This document shows, one piece after another, positions 63,761 through 64,000 of a DNA stretch of 64,000 nucleotides. Under the pieces are notes generated by a model. It had not been told where the DNA came from. It searched no databases and saw only the letters and a list, made by a program, of their open reading frames with translations. The stretch's first letter is position 1; each line of letters begins with the position of its first letter. Made by a program: the position numbers and the translations under genes. This stretch comes from Vicugna vicugna (taxonomy: Eukaryota), in the NCBI GenBank assembly GCA_013265495.1, contig MU057416.1:1172545-1236544 (forward strand), written 5' to 3'.

Positions 63761-64000
63761 GCACCTTCACTTGGAAAACTGTGCTTGATGTTAATAATTA
63801 AAAAGAGGGCTTCCGTGACAAGCCGGGCTATCGCGAGTGCAGGTCGAATGACTAGACTACGTGTGGGAGAAGCAGCCTAGGGAGAAGTGAGTTTCCTGCA
63901 GTGAAAAGAATTCAGCGACCTTACAAAGACAGAGAAAACATTACAAAACTTAATCCCCCCCAAAAAATCAGTATCGAAGGTCTCCTTATTTCAGGCCTTA

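Overview
Mammalian genomic DNA, very probably camelid (alpaca/camel), judged from about 11 copies of a tRNA-derived SINE resembling the camelid vic-1 family plus artiodactyl-type L1 3' ends. The window holds the 3' half of NR5A2 (LRH-1) on the + strand. Three coding exons of the ligand-binding domain lie at 564-683, 5664-5811 and 39307-39554; they have canonical splice sites and splice in frame. A ~33.5 kb last intron contains an 873-N assembly gap, and a ~3 kb 3'UTR ends near the AATAAA at 42503. The remaining ~21 kb is intergenic: L1 3' ends, SINEs, MLT1 LTRs, MIR/L2 relics and several CpG-rich patches. All other ORFs in the track look spurious or repeat-derived. I found no new protein-coding system. 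The most notable signals are strongly one-directional AT-to-GC substitution in local repeat copies (a GC-biased gene conversion signature that may also explain the orphan CpG islands and the high GC3 of the last exon), a 3'UTR dense in miRNA seed matches including a miR-216a 8mer paired with its own upstream complement, candidate endodermal enhancers and NR5A self-binding sites in the introns, and an orphan promoter-like CpG island just downstream of the gene. Repeat family names come from my recollection of consensus sequences, and boundaries of old repeats are approximate.
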